A stretch of DNA of 64,000 nt from an uncultured bacterium (GCA_949296775.1 CASFQA010000005.1:3320-67319); one strand, 5' to 3'; numbered from the stretch's first letter, positions 37,845 to 50,100 are shown. The notes: a model not told the origin generated them from the letters alone. A program made the numbers and translations.

Positions 37845-39938
37845 TTATTTGCCGGAAGCCTTCTTCACGACCGCGTCTTGGATGAAGCGCGGGCATTCGC
37901 CATAGTGGTCGAAGGTCATCGTGAAGTTGCCGCGGCCTTGGGTCAACGAGCGAAGGTCGGTGACGTAGCCGAACATCTCGGCGAGCGGGATCTCGGCGTC
38001 GATCTGCTTGGCGTTGCCCCGCTGGGTTTCCCCGGTCATGTTGCCGCGCCGGCGAGCGATATCGCCGATGACGTCGCCATAATACTGCTCCGGAACGGTG
38101 ATCTCGACCTTCATGATCGGCTCAAGAAGGACCGGGTCGCACTTCGGGGCAGCGGCCTTGAGGGCCATCGAAGCGGCGATCTTATAGGCGGCTTCCGAGG
38201 AGTCGACGTCGTGGTAGGACCCGTCGAAGAGGGTGGCTTTGACATCGATTAGCGGATAGCCGGCGATGACGCCGCGGGTGAGGGCATCCTCCAACCCTTG
38301 CTGGGTCGGTTTGATGAATTCCTTCGGGACGGCGCCGCCGACGATGGCGTCGACGAACTCGAAGCCTTTGCCCGGGTTCGGCTCGAAGCGGATCCAGACA
38401 TCGCCGTATTGGCCGTGGCCGCCGGTCTGCTTGACGTAGCGTCCCTCGGCTTCCCCGGTCTTGCGGATGGTCTCGCGGTAGTTGACCTGCGGGGCCCCGA
38501 CGTTGACCTCAACCTTGAATTCGCGGCGCATCCGCTCGACGAGGACGTCGAGTTGGAGCTCACCGACGCCGGCGATGATGGTTTGGCCGGAATCGGGATC
38601 GGTATGGACGCGGAAGGTCGGGTCTTCCTCGGCGAGTTTGGTAAGGGCGACCGACATCTTCTCCTGGTCGGCCTTGGTCTTCGGCTCAACCGCTTCTTCG
38701 AGAACCGGTTCGGGGAAGACGAGGTTTTCCAAGACGACCGGTTCGTCCTCGGTGCAGAGGGTGTCGCCGGTGGTGGTCGACTTGAGGCCGACGATGGCCC
38801 CGATTTCGCCAGCGTGGAGCATCTCCACTTCCTGACGGTGGTTGGCGTGCATCAAGACAAGGCGGGCGATCCGTTCCTTGACCCCGTGGGAGGAGTTATA
38901 GACATAGGAACCGCTCTTGAGGACGCCTTGATAGACGCGGACGTAGGCTAACCGGCCGATGAAGGGGTCGGTCGCGATCTTGAAGGCCAAACCGATGAAA
39001 GGCTTGTCATCGGTCGGCTCGCAGACGTAATCCTCGCCGTTGAGGGTCCCTTTCTCGCCCGGGATGTCGAGCGGGGATGGGAGGTATTCGACGACGGCGT
39101 CGAGCAACGGCTGGATGCACTTGTTCTTGTAAGCCGAGCCGCAGAGGACCGGGAAGAACTCGCCGGTCAAGACGGCTTTGCGGATGGTCTTCTTGATGAT
39201 GTCGGCCGGGACGTCTTCGCCTTCGAGGACCATCATCATGAGGTCATCGTCGAAGGCGGCGAGCTTCTCAAGCAGGGTCGAGCGGTATTCGTCGACCTTG
39301 GCTTGGTATTCGGCCGGGATGTCGGTGATGGTCGGGGCATCGTTTTTGTCGTCCCCGTAGACATAGGCTTTCTTCTCGATGATGTCGATGCAGCCTTTGA
39401 AGTTCGATTCGCGGCCGATCGGGCATTGGATGGCGGCGGCGTTGGCGGCTAGCCTCTCATGAAGCGAGGCGACACACATATCGAAGTCGGCCCCGGTGGC
39501 GTCCATCTTGTTGCAGAAGACGATCCGCGGGACGTTGTACTTGGTGCCTTGGCGCCAGACGGTCTCGGTTTGCGGCTCGACGCCGTTTTTCGAATCGAGG
39601 ACGGTGACGGCCCCGTCAAGGACGCGGAGGGAGCGCTCGACCTCGACGGTGAAGTCGACGTGCCCCGGAGTGTCGATGATGTTGAACCGGTTGCCTTTCC
39701 AGAAGCAGGTGGTCGCCGAAGAGGTGATGGTGATGCCCCGCTCCTGCTCCTCTTCCATCCAGTCCATGGTGGCGGTGCCTTCGTGGACTTCGCCGATCTT
39801 GTGGGTCCGGCCGGTGTAATAGAGGATACGCTCGGTCGTGGTGGTCTTGCCGGCGTCGATGTGGGCCATGATCCCGATGTTCCGGGTATGGGGAAGGTCG
39901 TAGGATTCGGTTTCGCTAATGATGTTTTCGTCAGCCAT
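37845..39938 (-). CDS. fusA: Elongation factor G
   Basis: [17 protein letters not shown] motifs. 697 aa. Confidence 0.98.
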   Translation of the reverse strand: MADENIISETESYDLPHTRNIGIMAHIDAGKTTTTERILYYTGRTHKIGEVHEGTATMDWMEEEQERGITITSSATTCFWKGNRFNIIDTPGHVDFTVEVERSLRVLDGAVTVLDSKNGVEPQTETVWRQGTKYNVPRIVFCNKMDATGADFDMCVASLHERLAANAAAIQCPIGRESNFKGCIDIIEKKAYVYGDDKNDAPTITDIPAEYQAKVDEYRSTLLEKLAAFDDDLMMMVLEGEDVPADIIKKTIRKAVLTGEFFPVLCGSAYKNKCIQPLLDAVVEYLPSPLDIPGEKGTLNGEDYVCEPTDDKPFIGLAFKIATDPFIGRLAYVRVYQGVLKSGSYVYNSSHGVKERIARLVLMHANHRQEVEMLHAGEIGAIVGLKSTTTGDTLCTEDEPVVLENLVFPEPVLEEAVEPKTKADQEKMSVALTKLAEEDPTFRVHTDPDSGQTIIAGVGELQLDVLVERMRREFKVEVNVGAPQVNYRETIRKTGEAEGRYVKQTGGHGQYGDVWIRFEPNPGKGFEFVDAIVGGAVPKEFIKPTQQGLEDALTRGVIAGYPLIDVKATLFDGSYHDVDSSEAAYKIAASMALKAAAPKCDPVLLEPIMKVEITVPEQYYGDVIGDIARRRGNMTGETQRGNAKQIDAEIPLAEMFGYVTDLRSLTQGRGNFTMTFDHYGECPRFIQDAVVKKASGK

Positions 39939-39956
39939 AAATCTTTTCCTATTGGT

Positions 39957-40427
39957 TTACCAACGATAATGGGCGTAGGCCTTGTTGGCTTCGGCCATTT
40001 TGTGGACGTCTTCCTTCTTCTTGACGGAAGCGCCGGTGCCATTGGCGGCGTCGATGATCTCAGCCGCGAGTTTGTTCTCCATGGTCTTCTCGCCGCGGAG
40101 CCGGGCATAGGTCACGAGCCAGCGGAGGCCGAGGGTCTGTTTCCGTTCCGGGGAAACCTCGACCGGAACCTGGTAGTTGGCGGCGCCGATCCGGCGGACT
40201 TTGAGTTCGACTTCCGGCATGATGTTGTTGATCGCGGTCGCGAAGACGTCGATCGCCGGCTTGCCGGTCTTCTCCTCGATTTGCTTGAAGGCCTTGTAGA
40301 TGATGGTTTGGGCGGTGCCCCGTTTGCCATCATACATAACCCGGTTGATGAGGCGGGTGACGAGCTTGGAGTTATAAACCGGGTCGGGTAGGACGTCCCG
40401 TTTCTCAACTGAACCTTTTCTTGGCAT
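39957..40427 (-). CDS. rpsG: 30S ribosomal protein S7
   Basis: 156 aa. Conserved position after rpsL. Confidence 0.97.
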   Translation of the reverse strand: MPRKGSVEKRDVLPDPVYNSKLVTRLINRVMYDGKRGTAQTIIYKAFKQIEEKTGKPAIDVFATAINNIMPEVELKVRRIGAANYQVPVEVSPERKQTLGLRWLVTYARLRGEKTMENKLAAEIIDAANGTGASVKKKEDVHKMAEANKAYAHYRW

Positions 40428-40441
40428 GGTTAATTATCTCC

Positions 40442-40861
40442 TTACTTCGATTCCTTCGGCTTCTTGGTGCCGTAGAGGGAGCGGCCTTGGCGGCGGGCTT
40501 CGATGCCGGCGCAGTCGAGGCAGCCGCGGATGATGTGGTAACGGACACCCGGGAGGTCTTTGACACGGCCGCCGCGGATCATGACGGTCGAGTGCTCCTG
40601 GAGGTTGTGCCCTTCCCCGCCGATATAGGCGGTGACTTCGTAGCCGTTAGACAAACGGACACGGGCGTACTTCCGAAGAGCCGAGTTCGGTTTCTTCGGG
40701 GTCATGGTGCCGACACGGGTGCAGACGCCCCGCTTCTGGGCGGAGGGCTGGTTGCTGCTCCGTTTGGTCAACGAGTTCCATCTCTTCCCGAGAGCCGGGG
40801 ATTTGGACTTCTTGACGGCGGAGACGCGGCCCTGCCGAACTAACTGATTGATGGTTGGCAT
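40442..40861 (-). CDS. rpsL: 30S ribosomal protein S12
   Basis: [13 protein letters not shown]-terminus and the [10 protein letters not shown] motif. Confidence 0.98.
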   Translation of the reverse strand: MPTINQLVRQGRVSAVKKSKSPALGKRWNSLTKRSSNQPSAQKRGVCTRVGTMTPKKPNSALRKYARVRLSNGYEVTAYIGGEGHNLQEHSTVMIRGGRVKDLPGVRYHIIRGCLDCAGIEARRQGRSLYGTKKPKESK

Positions 40862-40956
40862 TTTGCGTGATTTCTCCTTAATTTTCTTTCACACGTATCC
40901 CGGCGTATCAGCGCCAGGGGTCCGAACTAGGGTGAACTAAGCCCTATTTCGCGTCC

Positions 40957-40996
40957 GGGCGCAATTTTAGACTAGGGTTAATTGGTAGTCAAACAA
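40957..40996 (-). promoter_or_regulatory. Putative sigma-A promoter of the str operon, with an approximately 95-nt structured leader
   Basis: On the minus strand, TTGACT is followed by a 17-nt spacer and then TAAAAT. Plus-strand coordinates are AGTCAA at 40987-40992 and ATTTTA at 40964-40969. The leader contains hairpins. Confidence 0.5.
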
Positions 40997-41049
40997 TATT
41001 TGAAGATCTTAATCGACCGCCATATAGGAAAACAAATTTAAATCCTTAT

Positions 41050-41082
41050 AAAAGAAATAAGGGCTTTTCCGCTAAGCCCTTC
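41050..41082 (-). terminator. Rho-independent terminator after the metalloprotease gene
   Basis: AAGGGCTT-AGCGGAA-AAGCCCTT hairpin followed by ATTTCTTTT on the minus strand. Confidence 0.6.
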
Positions 41083-41374
41083 CCGCCGATCGTTCGGATA
41101 TAGTTCTATTTGGTCTTGCAATAACCCCGTAGGACGGATCGATTTCCAACCACAGTAAACGATGCCGGTTTTTGATGAACCCTTCGTCGAGCGATTGGCA
41201 TCGGTAATCATCGAGCGTCAAGCCCAAGGCTTTGTTGTATCCGCGCAAAGCCTTCGTCTCGACTGAACCGGGGAGGAAAACTGATCGAGTAGCGGCGCCT
41301 CTTAAACCCAGATTCATCCACCGATTAAAATGACTGCAAAACCTTTTATTGACGGGCAAAACAATGGATGGGGA

Positions 41375-42889
41375 TTAACGCTTCTGGGTGAACCTGACCG
41401 TCGCCTCGCTCCCCGAAAGATAGGTAACCTCGAACTCAAATCCCAGGTCACCGAAACCAAAACCCAAATCGGCGAAGTCGTCGCCTTTAATGCCATCCCC
41501 TTCATAGAAGAGGGCTTCGGAGGTGGTCCGGGTCGCCCCATTCTCGCTGAAGGTTTTAACCGAGTCGCTGGCGACGTAATAATCGGCTAAGGCGGCCGAC
41601 CCGCTGCCCTTGTCCAGCAGTTGGATGAGATAGGGGGCGGTTAAGGCGTTGTCGTGACAATAATTCAGCCCTTGGCCTTCCCCGACCACCGAGTCCTCCC
41701 GGAAGGGTTCGATCAACCGGGTATTGTCGTAAACCCCGAGCTCAGAATTGACCCGATAGACCTTAATCCCGGGCTTTTCGGGGAGACGGGAGCTTAAGCC
41801 CCGATGAGAGGAAGCATCCTTGCCGTTTAGCAATCCCGGGGTGTAAAGCTCCAAAAGGATATATTCGTCATAAGGGGTCATGTTCCAGTCAGGGGCAAGC
41901 AAAATGCATTCGTTATTAAAGGTCGACTGGCGGATGGTGATCTCGCAATCCCCGGTCACGACGAAAGGGCGCGACCAATTGAGCAAGAGCTTGGAGAAGG
42001 CGTTTTGGTCCCCAACCGAGCAATCCATCATGTCCATCCGCCCCAAGGGGGAACGGCGAAGCGACCCATCGACCGTATCGTAATAATCCTCTAACCCCAA
42101 CAGGTGGCCGGTCTCATGGATGAAGGTATGGGCGTCAGGCAATATATCGTCGCCGGTCATATAGATGGAGGACCAGGAGATCGGGGCTGGCGAATTGATG
42201 GAGAAGGCCCAAAGCATCGAATTGGTCGAGGCGTTCACCCCCGCCATCCCAGCATAGGGGGAATCATAGAGGAAATAGGCCGGGATCGGGCTCTCCTTAT
42301 AAAAATCCTTCAACCGGATATAGGCTGAGTTGTAATTCTCCTCAAACCATTCCATGGCTTCGTTGTAAATGGCGGTCAAGGTCGATTTGGCCCCCGACCC
42401 CGCCCGCTCGGCCAATTCCTCGACCGTATAGGGGCAAGGGAAGAAGGAATCGGCGATCTCGAAATCCAATAAAAGCCGGCCGCCCGAGCAATACCAATAA
42501 TAGCTGCGGACCGATTGGTAGACCGTATCCTCCTCTTCCCCCATGAAGGCGGCGGCGATCCGGGTGAGGTCGGGGGCGGTCGAGGTCGCGAAGCCGACCG
42601 GGATCAGGGCAAGGGGCACCTCCCCGACGCTAGGCAGGCAATAGGACTTCTCCCCATAAGGGGCGAAGTGGCTCATCGTTTCCTGCCGAGTGGCGACCGA
42701 ATAATCCTTCTCTTTCCCCTTCAAGCTCTTCCATTCGGCTATGCGATAGTATCCATCCCCTTGAAAGGAAGCGAAACTAGGGTCGGTCAGTTCGGCGCTG
42801 AATTTCTCATAAGTCAATTCCGACCGGAAGCAAGAGGAAAGAAAAGGGAGCAGTAGCAAAGCCAATGCCGATTGCTTTTTCGCCGTCAT
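41375..42889 (-). CDS. M6 (immune-inhibitor-A)-like zinc metalloprotease lipoprotein
   Basis: HETGHLLGLEDYYD extended HExxH motif, which resembles the M6 InhA zinc site. Signal peptide with LSSC lipobox. ATG at 42887-42889 with AAGGAGG RBS. Confidence 0.65.
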   Translation of the reverse strand: MTAKKQSALALLLLPFLSSCFRSELTYEKFSAELTDPSFASFQGDGYYRIAEWKSLKGKEKDYSVATRQETMSHFAPYGEKSYCLPSVGEVPLALIPVGFATSTAPDLTRIAAAFMGEEEDTVYQSVRSYYWYCSGGRLLLDFEIADSFFPCPYTVEELAERAGSGAKSTLTAIYNEAMEWFEENYNSAYIRLKDFYKESPIPAYFLYDSPYAGMAGVNASTNSMLWAFSINSPAPISWSSIYMTGDDILPDAHTFIHETGHLLGLEDYYDTVDGSLRRSPLGRMDMMDCSVGDQNAFSKLLLNWSRPFVVTGDCEITIRQSTFNNECILLAPDWNMTPYDEYILLELYTPGLLNGKDASSHRGLSSRLPEKPGIKVYRVNSELGVYDNTRLIEPFREDSVVGEGQGLNYCHDNALTAPYLIQLLDKGSGSAALADYYVASDSVKTFSENGATRTTSEALFYEGDGIKGDDFADLGFGFGDLGFEFEVTYLSGSEATVRFTQKR

Positions 42890-43017
42890 TCCGCCCTCCT
42901 TTCGCGCACGCCGATTATACTCCCTCTTCCGAATAGGAAAAGGATTGCAAATCCTTCGCCAAAGCGCGCAAAACGGATATGTATGCCGAAAACCGCGCAA
43001 ATCGGAAACAAAAGGAA

Positions 43018-43040
43018 AAGGGCTGCCGCAGCAGCCCCGT
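43018..43040 (-). terminator. Rho-independent terminator after rpoC
   Basis: GGGGCTGCTGCGGCAGCCC hairpin followed by TTTTCCTTTTGTTTCC on the minus strand. Confidence 0.6.
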
Positions 43041-43054
43041 TGTTGTTGATAGCC

Positions 43055-46000
43055 TTAGTCAGCGAAGTCCGGACGATCGTGTTTCTCGATGTACTGGGCT
43101 TTGACCTTGCGCATAGCCGAGCCGACATCGAACCCTTCGAGGGCCTTCGCTTCCTCTTCCGCGGTCCGGAGGCCCGTCCCCGCCGGGATGAGTTTCCCGG
43201 TGATGACGTTCTCCTTCAGCCCGTGAAGCGGATCGATCTTGCCCTTGATGGCGGCGTCGGTCAGGACCCGGGTCGTCTCCTGGAAGGAGGCGGCCGAGAG
43301 GAAGGATTCGGTTTCCAACGCCGCCTTGGTGATGCCAAGGACGAGCGGAGTGCAGACGGCCGGATGCTTCCCTTCCATCAAGGTCTTGGTGTTGACCTCG
43401 GTGAATTTCTCCACCGAGACCCGCGAACCCGGGAGGAAGCCGGTATCCCCGCCATCGCGGATGACGACCTTGCGGAGCATCTGGCGGATGATGATCTCCA
43501 AATGCTTGCAGTCGATCCCGATGCCTTGGGCGGCGTAGACCTTCTGGATTTCCTTGATGAGGTAGACTTCGAGTTTCTCGACCCCGGCGACTTTGAGCAA
43601 TTCCTTCGGGTTGATGGCCCCGTCGGTGATCTTCGAGCCGGCTTCGATATGGTCGCCTTCCTCCACCCGGAGATGGGCGGCGGCGAGGGTCTCGTATTCC
43701 TTCTCCTCGTTGTCGTTGGCGACGGTGACTAAGAACTTCTCGCCGCTCGGCTTGATCGAGGTGATGGTCCCTTCGATCTCGGAGATGGTGGCTTCGCCCT
43801 TCGGGTTCCGGGCTTCGACGAGTTCTTGGACCCGGGGGAGACCCTGGGTGATGTCCGAACCCGCCATACCGCCGGTGTGGAAGACCCGCATGGTGAGCTG
43901 GGTGCCCGGCTCGCCGATCGACTGGGCGGCCATGATGCCGACCGCTTCGCCTTTCTCGACCAATTTGCCAGTCGCCCGGTTCAGGCCATAGCAATGACGG
44001 CAGACCCCGTCTTTGGTCTGGCAGGTGAAGACCGAGCGGATCTCGACCTCATTGATGCCGGCCGCCTCGACGGCTTTGGCCTGCTCGTCGCTGATGAGGG
44101 TGTTCTCCGGCACGATGACTTCGCCCGTCGCCGGATTGACGATGTCGTGCATCGAGAACCGGCCGCTGATACGGTCGCTTAGCTTCATGATGACGGTGTC
44201 GCGGCTGGTGTCGCGGATTTCCCGCACCTTGAAGCCATGGTCGCAATGGCAATCCTCTTCCCGGACGATGACGTCTTGGGCGACGTCGACTAGACGCCGG
44301 GTGAGGTAGCCCGAGTCGGCGGTCTTAAGGGCGGTATCGGCCGAACCCTTACGGGCGCCGTGGGTATTGATGAAGAACTCGCTGACCTTCATGCCCTCCC
44401 GGTAGGAGGAGACGATCGGGAGCTCGATTTCGATGTTCTTCGGGTTGGCGACGAGCCCCTTCATGCCGATCAGCTGCTTGAAGTTGTCGACCGAGCCACG
44501 GGAGCCGGAATCGGCCATGATGATCAGCGGGTTCCGCTTATCGGCCTTCATGGCGTCTTTGATCTTATCGGCGATCTCGTCGGTGATTTTCTTCCAGATA
44601 TCGACGATCCGGCGATGCCGCTCGATGTCGGTGAGGTAGCCGTCTTCGTAGAATTGGTTGGTCTCATCGACTTTCTTATACCCTTCTTGGACCAGCGGGT
44701 ATTTCCCATCGATATCCTTGATGTCGGAGATGGCGACGGTGACCGAGCTGACCATCGAGTAATAGAACCCTTGGTCCTTGATCTTGTCGAGGACGGCCGA
44801 GGTCTTAGACGCCCCATAACGGGAGAAGACCATGTCGATGATCGGGCCGAGCTGCTTCTTGCCGATGGCGTTTTTCAAGGGCAAGGTCGCGATGTATTGG
44901 GCTAATGGCGATGGCGCCCCGGCCGAAGTGTCGAGTTTATCGCCTAAGGCGGCGGCCACGTCGGATGGGGAGACGAACCAGGACCGCATCTCCTCTTCGG
45001 AGGCGCCCGGCTTATCGTTGAGATAGGGGAAATCGTCGGGGAAGACGTTGTTGAAGATGATCTTCCCGACCGAGGTGATGAGGTATTTGTCCTTAACCCC
45101 GCTCGGCATGCCGGTTCCCTCGTCTTTATGGATCGAACGGGCCGGGATGGCGATCCGGTTATGGAGCGAGACCTCGCGGTTCTCATAAGCCAACACCACT
45201 TCGTCGGTGGTGGCGAACACCTTGCCTTCGGCGGCGAGGTAACGCTTGTTGTCCTCGATCATCTTCAAGACGGCGTCATGCTCGATGAGCCCGACGTGGT
45301 CTTCCTTCTCCTTGGCGAGCTTCGCCTGGAGTTCATCGATCCGGGACTGGAAGTCGGCTTTCGATTCCTCGGTGGTGAGGTGGAAGTTGCCAAGGATCAT
45401 GTCCTGGGACGGGATGACGATGGCTTTGCCGTCTTTGGGCGAAAGGATGTTGTTGGAGGCGAGCATCAACTCGACCGCTTCCTGCTGGGCCGCTTTGCCA
45501 AGCGGGACGTGGACGGCCATTTGGTCGCCGTCGAAGTCGGCGTTGAAGCCCGGGCAGACGAGCGGATGGAGCCGGATGGCTTTCCCTTCCACTAGCTTGG
45601 GCTGGAAGGCCTGAATCGAAAGACGGTGGAGGGTCGGGGCCCGGTTAAGGAGGACCGGATGCTCGGAGATGATCCGCTCAACGATGGTCAAGACCTCAGG
45701 GTCATAACGGTCGATGTAGCGGTCGGCGGCCTTATGGGCGGTGACGAGCCCGCTGGAGATGAGCTCGGCGGCGATGAAAGGCCGGAGGAGCTGGACCGCC
45801 ATCTCCTTCGGGATGCCGCATTGGTACATCTTCAGGTCAGGGCCGACGGCGATGACCGAACGAGCGGAATAGTCGACCCGCTTGCCAAGCAGGTTCTGGC
45901 GGAACCGGCCCGGCTTGCCCCGCAGCCCCATTGAAAGGGACTTGAGCTTCCGGTTGTTGGTCCCGGTGACGGCTTTGGTCCGGCGGCCGTTGTCGATTAG

Positions 46001-47086
46001 GGCGTCGACCGCTTCCTGAAGCATACGCTTCTCGTTGACCATGATGACCGCCGGCGCGTTGGCGTCGATCAGTTTCTTCAAACGGGAATTACGGGAGATG
46101 ACCCGACGATAGAGGTCATTGACGTCGGAGGTTGCCGAACGGCCGCCTTCGAGTTGGATCATCGGGCGGAGATCGGGCGGGATGACCGGGATGACGTCAA
46201 GGATCATCCACTCCGGCTTTTGGCCGGAATCGCGGAAAGCCTGGATGACTTCCAGCCGTTTGGAGATCTTGGTCCGGGCCTGGACGGAGGTGGCAGACTT
46301 CATCTCCTCGGTGAGGAGCTGGAATTCCTTATCGAGGTCGGTCTCGTGGAGGAGGCGTTTGATGGCCTCGGCCCCTTGGCCGAATTCGGCCCCGGTGTAT
46401 TTGCCGATGAAGGCGGCGCCGGGGTAGAAAAGGAAGGATTCCTTTCGGTCGGGGAAACGGCGGATCAAATCCTTGGCCCGTTCCTCCTCGGCCGAGCCCG
46501 GTTCAATGTAAGGCAAAGGCTTGCCGTCGCCATCGACGTCGCCCGGCTGCCGTTTGAGGATGTCTTCGATGACTTCCGGGAAGCGGGCGCGGGCGGTCGA
46601 TTCGTCGAGGTATTCCTTCTCGTTGAGGATCGAGGTGCCTTTGTTCAGGCACACCCAAGCGTTGAAGTAGATGATGTCCTCAAGCTGCTTGGGCGGGATG
46701 TCGAGGACGAGGGCCATCCGCGAGGGGATGGACTTGAGGTACCAGATATGGGAGCAAGGGGAGACGAGCTCGATATGGCCCATCCGTTCCCGCCGCCACT
46801 CCTTGGAGATGACCTCAACCCCGCATTTCTCGCAGGTGATGCCCTTGAAGCGGACTTTCTTGTATTTGCCGCAGTTGCATTCGTAGTCTTTGGCCGGGCC
46901 GAAGATCTTCTCGCAGAACAAACCGCCTTTCTCGGGCTTTTGGCTCCGATAATTGATGGTTTCGGCGCGGGTGACCTCGCCATGGCTCCAGCTCCGGATG
47001 GTCTCCGGGGAGGCGAGTCCGATTTGGACGGAGGAAAGGTCGTTGATGTCAAAGGGTTGAATCGTGTCTTTTTCTTTGTCAGCCAT
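43055..47086 (-). CDS. rpoC: DNA-directed RNA polymerase subunit beta'
   Basis: 1343 aa. NADFDGDQM catalytic motif. Zn-binding cysteines near the N-terminus. Confidence 0.98.
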   Translation of the reverse strand: MADKEKDTIQPFDINDLSSVQIGLASPETIRSWSHGEVTRAETINYRSQKPEKGGLFCEKIFGPAKDYECNCGKYKKVRFKGITCEKCGVEVISKEWRRERMGHIELVSPCSHIWYLKSIPSRMALVLDIPPKQLEDIIYFNAWVCLNKGTSILNEKEYLDESTARARFPEVIEDILKRQPGDVDGDGKPLPYIEPGSAEEERAKDLIRRFPDRKESFLFYPGAAFIGKYTGAEFGQGAEAIKRLLHETDLDKEFQLLTEEMKSATSVQARTKISKRLEVIQAFRDSGQKPEWMILDVIPVIPPDLRPMIQLEGGRSATSDVNDLYRRVISRNSRLKKLIDANAPAVIMVNEKRMLQEAVDALIDNGRRTKAVTGTNNRKLKSLSMGLRGKPGRFRQNLLGKRVDYSARSVIAVGPDLKMYQCGIPKEMAVQLLRPFIAAELISSGLVTAHKAADRYIDRYDPEVLTIVERIISEHPVLLNRAPTLHRLSIQAFQPKLVEGKAIRLHPLVCPGFNADFDGDQMAVHVPLGKAAQQEAVELMLASNNILSPKDGKAIVIPSQDMILGNFHLTTEESKADFQSRIDELQAKLAKEKEDHVGLIEHDAVLKMIEDNKRYLAAEGKVFATTDEVVLAYENREVSLHNRIAIPARSIHKDEGTGMPSGVKDKYLITSVGKIIFNNVFPDDFPYLNDKPGASEEEMRSWFVSPSDVAAALGDKLDTSAGAPSPLAQYIATLPLKNAIGKKQLGPIIDMVFSRYGASKTSAVLDKIKDQGFYYSMVSSVTVAISDIKDIDGKYPLVQEGYKKVDETNQFYEDGYLTDIERHRRIVDIWKKITDEIADKIKDAMKADKRNPLIIMADSGSRGSVDNFKQLIGMKGLVANPKNIEIELPIVSSYREGMKVSEFFINTHGARKGSADTALKTADSGYLTRRLVDVAQDVIVREEDCHCDHGFKVREIRDTSRDTVIMKLSDRISGRFSMHDIVNPATGEVIVPENTLISDEQAKAVEAAGINEVEIRSVFTCQTKDGVCRHCYGLNRATGKLVEKGEAVGIMAAQSIGEPGTQLTMRVFHTGGMAGSDITQGLPRVQELVEARNPKGEATISEIEGTITSIKPSGEKFLVTVANDNEEKEYETLAAAHLRVEEGDHIEAGSKITDGAINPKELLKVAGVEKLEVYLIKEIQKVYAAQGIGIDCKHLEIIIRQMLRKVVIRDGGDTGFLPGSRVSVEKFTEVNTKTLMEGKHPAVCTPLVLGITKAALETESFLSAASFQETTRVLTDAAIKGKIDPLHGLKENVITGKLIPAGTGLRTAEEEAKALEGFDVGSAMRKVKAQYIEKHDRPDFAD

Positions 47087-47100
47087 TGTTTTTCGCCTCC

Positions 47101-50100
47101 TTATTCATTCGACTCGCCGCCGCTCGTGATGGAGAGCCCTTCTTCAGCGAGGGTTTCCTCGGAGAAGACCGGCATATCATCGCGGTTGATGGCGATGCTG
47201 GCGGTCGGATCGACTTCCGGCTCGGTCGGGGACATGGTCTTCCGGATGGAGGAATTGGTCCGCCGTTCGAGCTCGATGTTATTCCGGACTAAGACGTCCA
47301 TGTCGATCTTCTTCCCGGCCTTGTCGAAGAGCTTAACGTCGAGGCCGAGCCCCATAAGCTCCTTGGTGAGGACCCGGAAGGCTTCCGGCATGCCCGGGGT
47401 CGGGATGGGGTTGCCTTTGATGATCGACTCATAGGTCTTCCGGCGGCCGACCCGGTCGTCGGATTTGATGGTGAGCATTTCCTGGAGGGTATGGGCCGCC
47501 CCGTAGGCTTCGAGGGCCCAGACTTCCATTTCGCCGAACCGCTGGCCGCCGTTTTGGGCTTTGCCGCCTAACGGCTGCTGGGTGACGAGGGCATAAGGCC
47601 CGGTCGCCCTGGCATGGAGCTTATCGATGACCATGTGGTTGAGCTTGATCATGTATTGGACGCCGACCGAGATCCGTTCGGCGAACGGTTCGCCGGTCCG
47701 CCCATCGTAGAGGACGGTCTTGCCGTCTTCGGCGAGCCCCGCCTTCTTCATGATGTCAGCGAGTTCCTCGTTGGAAACGCCGTCGAAAGCCGGGGTCGCG
47801 ACCCGCATATGCAGCTTCCGGCAGGCGAGACCTAAGTGGATCTCGAGGATCTGCCCGATGTTCATACGGGACGGAACGCCCATTGGCGAGAGGAGGATGT
47901 CGATCGGGGTGCCATCGGCTAGGAACGGCATGTCCTCGACCGGCAATATCTTCGAGATGACGCCTTTATTCCCATGGCGGCCCGACATCTTATCGCCCTC
48001 GGAGATCTTCCGCTTCTGGACGATGTAGACCCGGACCATCTCGGAAACCCCGGCCGGCAAGGTATCGCCGTTTTTCCGGGAGAAGATCTTGACGGCATGG
48101 ACGATGCCCGCCCCGCCATGGGGGACGCGCTTCGACTCGTCTTTGCCCTCTTTGGTCTTCTCGGCGAAGATAGCCATGAGGAGCTTTTCTTCCGGCGTCG
48201 GCTCGGTCTGCCCTTTCGGGGCCACTTTCCCGACGAGGATATCGCCTTCTTTGACCTCGGCGCCGGGGATGATGATGCCCCGTTCGTCGAGGAAGGCCTT
48301 CGCTTCTTCCCCAACGTTGGGGATATCGCGGGTGATTTCGTCATTGCCGAGCTTGCCGATGTGGCATTCGCAGTCGTAATGGGAGATATGGACCGAGGTG
48401 AAGGTGTCTTCCTTGACCATCCTTTCGCTCATGATGACCGCGTCTTCGTAGTTGAAGCCGTTCCAGGTCATGTAGGCGACTAAGACGTTTTGACCAAGCG
48501 AGAGCTCGCCGCCCCTCATCGCCGGGCCATCGGCGATGATTTGGCCCTTCTTGACCTCATCGCCGGCTTTGACGATGGGGATCTGGTTAAAGCAGGTGTC
48601 CTGGTTGGAGGATTGGAATTTCTCCAGCCGATAGGTGACGGGGTCTTCGTTAAGCGACTGGGTCACGATGGTCGAGGAATCGACGAAGGTGACGGTCCCG
48701 TCTTTGACGGCGACCACCGCTTCGCCGGAGTCTTTGGCGATGATGGCCTCCATACCGGTCCCGACGTAGGGGACGGAGGGGCGCAGAAGCGGAATCGCCT
48801 GACGCTGCATGTTCGCGCCCATGAGGGCCCGGGTGGCGTCATCGTGGGCTAAGAACGGAATCGAGGCCGCGCCGATGGAGACGATCTGCTTCGGCGAGAC
48901 GTCAACGTAGTTGATCCGATCCCTCCCGACCATCAGGTTATCCTCATCGTGGCGGACGGTCAGTTCGTCATCGAGGATCTCCTTGACCATCTCGTCCTTC
49001 TCGGCGTCTTTGATGCCGACGGAAGAAGCGAGGACGGGCTCGCCGAGGGAGACGTTGGCTTCGGCGATATAAAGCCCCCGTTCGTCATCGGCGGTCAAAT
49101 AATGGCAGCCGCATTTGGAATCGGAGACGTAGGCCTTGTTGCCGACGTGGTAGACGATCCGGTACGGGGTCTTGATAAACCCGTGCTCATCGACTTTGGC
49201 GTAGGAGCAAAGATAGTTGATAAGACCGATGTTCTGGCCTTCCGGGGATTCGATCGGGCAGAGGCGGCCATAATGGGTGTAGTGGACGTCGCGGACTTCG
49301 ATCGAGGCCCGGTCGCGGGTCAAGCCGCCAGGGCCTAAGGCCGAGATACGGCGCTTATTGGTCAGTTCGGCCAGCGGGTTGACCTGATCCATGAATTGGG
49401 AAAGGTTCGAGGTCGAGAAGAACTCGCGGATAGCCGAGCGAAGCGGGCGGACGTTGACGACCGATTGAAGGGTGAAGTTCAAATCGGTGACGGTCAGCTT
49501 CTGCTGGATGGTCTTGACCATCTTGGCGAGGCCGACTCGGAATTGATTCTGAAGCAATTCACCGACGCAGCGGACGCGGCGGTTGCCCAAATGGTCGATG
49601 TCATCGGTATTTCCTAAGCCGTCCATGACGTTGAGGAAATAGGAGAAGCAAGCGACCATATCGGGGATGGTGACCCGGGAGATGGTCAAGTTGGTATCGG
49701 TCCCGATCATCTGGCAGACGTGTTCCGAGGGATTGTCGTGGGCATAGACCTTGACGATGTTGACGGTCCGGTGATCCGGATCGAGCCCGATGTTCGGATT
49801 GGGCTCAAGGGTGTATTGGCAGGCCCCGTTTTCGAAGAATTCGATGTCGCGGAGGTGCTCGACTTCCTCGGCGCTCAGCTTATGGCCGGACTTGAACAGG
49901 GTGACTTCTTCCCCGTTCTCGTCGAACCCTTTGAGGTCTTGGGCCAAGACCCGGCCCGGAAGCCGTTCGTAGAGCCCGAGCTTCTGGGTGTATTTGAAAC
50001 GCCCGGCCCGCCCGAGGTCATATTGCTTGTCGTTGAAGAATTTGTTGTAGATGAAAGCGATGTTGCCTTCGTTGGTCTGCGGTTCGCCCGGCTTCAATTT

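Noticed and set aside
41072-41359. 95-aa minus-strand ORF between the metalloprotease gene and rpsL
   Set aside because: It overlaps the terminator hairpin and the rpsL promoter region. It has no RBS and no recognisable features. The region is better explained as intergenic regulatory sequence.
46154-47434. 426-aa plus-strand ORF inside rpoC and other long antisense ORFs inside rpoB, fusA and uvrA
   Set aside because: All lie opposite strongly supported housekeeping genes. No motifs and no RBS.
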